Shown piece by piece: positions 62,308 through 64,000 of a DNA stretch of 64,000 nt (the stretch's first letter is position 1; each line of letters begins with the position of its first letter). The DNA is from Alphaproteobacteria bacterium. GTDB lineage: Bacteria > Pseudomonadota > Alphaproteobacteria > Reyranellales > Reyranellaceae. Location: NCBI GenBank assembly GCA_016870055.1, contig VGCQ01000001.1, forward strand, positions 6,713 through 70,712, given 5' to 3'. The notes under the pieces were generated by a model. It saw only the letters and a program-made list of their open reading frames with translations, ran no database searches and was not told the origin of the DNA. The translations under genes and the position numbers were made by a program.

Positions 62308-63042
62308 ATGATGCTGAAAGACCGCGTCCTGCTGATCACCAACGTCGACAAGTTCGCCGGCCACGGCACGACCAGGGTGGCGCTGGCCGAGGGCGCCACC
62401 GTGCTGGCCCACGATCCGGGCTTCGAGGCACCGAGCGCGCGGCGCAAGTACGAGGCGGCGTTCCCCGGCGCGCACGCGCTGTCGGCCGTCGAACCCGCGA
62501 CCCTGGTCGAGCTGGCGCTGAAGCGGCACGGCCATATCGACGCCCTGGTCAACAACGATGCCTACCCCGCTCTGCGCGCGCCGCTCGGCGAGGCGCGCCT
62601 GGAGGACTACCGCGCCGCGCTCGAAGCCATGGCGGTGGCGCCGTTCCGGCTCGCGCAGCTCGTGGCGCCGTCGATGCGCAAGCGCAAGTCGGGCCGCATC
62701 GTGTTCGTGTCGTCGGCCGCGCCATTGCGTGGCATCGCCAACTACGCGCCTTACGTTTCGGCGCGTGCCGCCGCCAACGGGCTCGTCTCCTCGCTCGCCA
62801 AGGAGTTGGGCCGCGACGGCATCACGGTCAACGCCGTGGGTTCAAACTACGTGGAAAATCCGGATTACTTTCCGCCGGCGCTGCTCGCCAATCGCGAGGC
62901 GATGGCCAAGATGACGGCGCAGATTCCGCTGGGCAGGTTGGGCAAGCCGGAGGAATTGGGAGCCGCCGTCTGCTTTCTCTGTTCGGACGCCGCTGGATTC
63001 ATCACCGGTCACGTTCTTCCGCATGCCGGCGGTTGGGCGTGA
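62308..63042 (+). CDS. Halohydrin dehalogenase (SDR fold)
   Basis: T-x4-F-x-G (TNVDKFAG) replaces the Rossmann motif. S-x12-Y-x3-R (S-AAPLRGIANYAP-Y-VSA-R) replaces YxxxK. The NYVENPDYFP loop matches the halide-binding region. Confidence 0.85.
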   Translation: MMLKDRVLLITNVDKFAGHGTTRVALAEGATVLAHDPGFEAPSARRKYEAAFPGAHALSAVEPATLVELALKRHGHIDALVNNDAYPALRAPLGEARLEDYRAALEAMAVAPFRLAQLVAPSMRKRKSGRIVFVSSAAPLRGIANYAPYVSARAAANGLVSSLAKELGRDGITVNAVGSNYVENPDYFPPALLANREAMAKMTAQIPLGRLGKPEELGAAVCFLCSDAAGFITGHVLPHAGGWA

Positions 63043-63186
63043 CGCCGTCAAAGGCGCATGTCACTATGATCACAAGTAAGCGCTGCGCACGGCGACCGCA
63101 GCGCAGCGGCCAGGGAGGATGACGGAAAGAGGCTGGCATAGTGCCGGCGCGTCGCTCTTTGGCCAACCCCGGTCCGAGGACGGCGT

Positions 63187-64000
63187 ATGGGAAGACAGAT
63201 CGTCCACCGCCTGCTGGTCTCGTTCCCCGCGTTGCTCGGGGTGCTGTTCCTGTGCTTCTGCCTGCTGCAGGTCGTGCCGGCCGATCCGGCGATGATCATC
63301 GCCGGCCCCGATGCCAAGGCAGAAACCATCGCCGCCATCCGCAGCGAACTCGGCCTCGATCGCCCCATCCCTGTCCAGTTCATCGAATACATCGGCCGCG
63401 TGCTGCGCGGCGATCTCGGTCGCTCGATCATCTCCAACAAGATGGTGAGCGAGGAGCTGGCGCTGACCATCGGCCCGACCGTCGAGCTGATGCTCGGCGC
63501 CATGCTGATCGCCGTGCCGTGCGGTCTGGCGCTGGGCACGCTCGCCGCCGTGCGCCGCGGCAGCATCACCGACCGCATCATCATGGCCTTCTCGGTCGCC
63601 GGCGTTTCGATGCCGGTGTTCTTCATCGGCCTGATCCTGATCCAGTATGTCGGCTTCAAGTGGGCGATGCTGCCCTTCACCGGCCGCACTGGGCCGGTCT
63701 GGGACGGCGGCCTGCCCAGCCTGATCCTGCCGGCGGTGACGCTGGGTGCCGTGCTGATTGGCCCGATCGCCCGGCTGACGCGCACCGCCGTGCTGGAGGT
63801 GCTGGGTGCCGACTTCGTGCGCACCGCGCGCGCCAAGGGCCTGCGCGAGACGGTGGTGATCATCCATCACGCCCTGCGCAACGCACTGATCCCGGTGGTG
63901 ACCCTGATCGGCCTGCAGGCCGCCTTCCTGCTGGGCGGCGCGGTGGTGACCGAGACCATGTTCTCCTGGCCGGGCGTTGGCCGCCTGGCGGTCGGCGCCA
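63187..64000 (+). CDS. Peptide/nickel ABC transporter permease (DppB/OppB-like), 3' end truncated by the window edge
   Basis: VPADPA, ELGLDRP..VQF..Y....L.GDLGRS, EAA loop TRTAVLEVLGADFVRTARAKGL and HHALRNALIP. Confidence 0.92.
   Translation, partial: MGRQIVHRLLVSFPALLGVLFLCFCLLQVVPADPAMIIAGPDAKAETIAAIRSELGLDRPIPVQFIEYIGRVLRGDLGRSIISNKMVSEELALTIGPTVELMLGAMLIAVPCGLALGTLAAVRRGSITDRIIMAFSVAGVSMPVFFIGLILIQYVGFKWAMLPFTGRTGPVWDGGLPSLILPAVTLGAVLIGPIARLTRTAVLEVLGADFVRTARAKGLRETVVIIHHALRNALIPVVTLIGLQAAFLLGGAVVTETMFSWPGVGRLAVGA

Noticed and set aside
63111-63298. Out-of-frame Cys-rich upstream ORF from the ATG at 63119 overlapping the permease gene
   Set aside because: The GGGAGG directly abuts the ATG with no spacing, and the Cys richness is a frame-shift shadow of hydrophobic codons.

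Overview
A high-GC alphaproteobacterial chromosomal segment (Reyranella/Rhodospirillales-like by gene content, which is an inference), densely coding with about 65 CDS. No rRNA, tRNA, CRISPR array, transposase or integrase was recognised. Left part: a minus-strand acyl-CoA synthetase plus LIV-type ABC operon. It is interrupted by an antisense DUF433/DUF5615 toxin-antitoxin module whose toxin is frameshifted, and palindromic repeats sit at most of its gene junctions. A two-component system lies upstream. Middle: acnA, acs, amidase, phaZ, recQ, three orphan Bug/TctC binding proteins, many hydrolases and oxidoreductases, a membrane LytTR regulator and a gentisate dioxygenase. Right part: a shuffled version of the core alphaproteobacterial genes secB, dnaQ, coaE, maf, aroE, rho, dut, coaBC, ubiB and ubiE, with accessory genes in between. 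Most notable: (1) an SDR-fold gene with both diagnostic halohydrin dehalogenase motifs, head-to-head with ubiE; (2) a Rho with an approximately 40-aa insertion in the inter-domain connector; (3) a Tat-signal carotenoid oxygenase broken by one in-frame TAA; (4) a REP-doublet family with compensatory base changes that abuts start codons; (5) a glyoxalase-serine hydrolase fusion. I did not find a clear multi-gene novel system. All family assignments come from motif recognition, not database searches.
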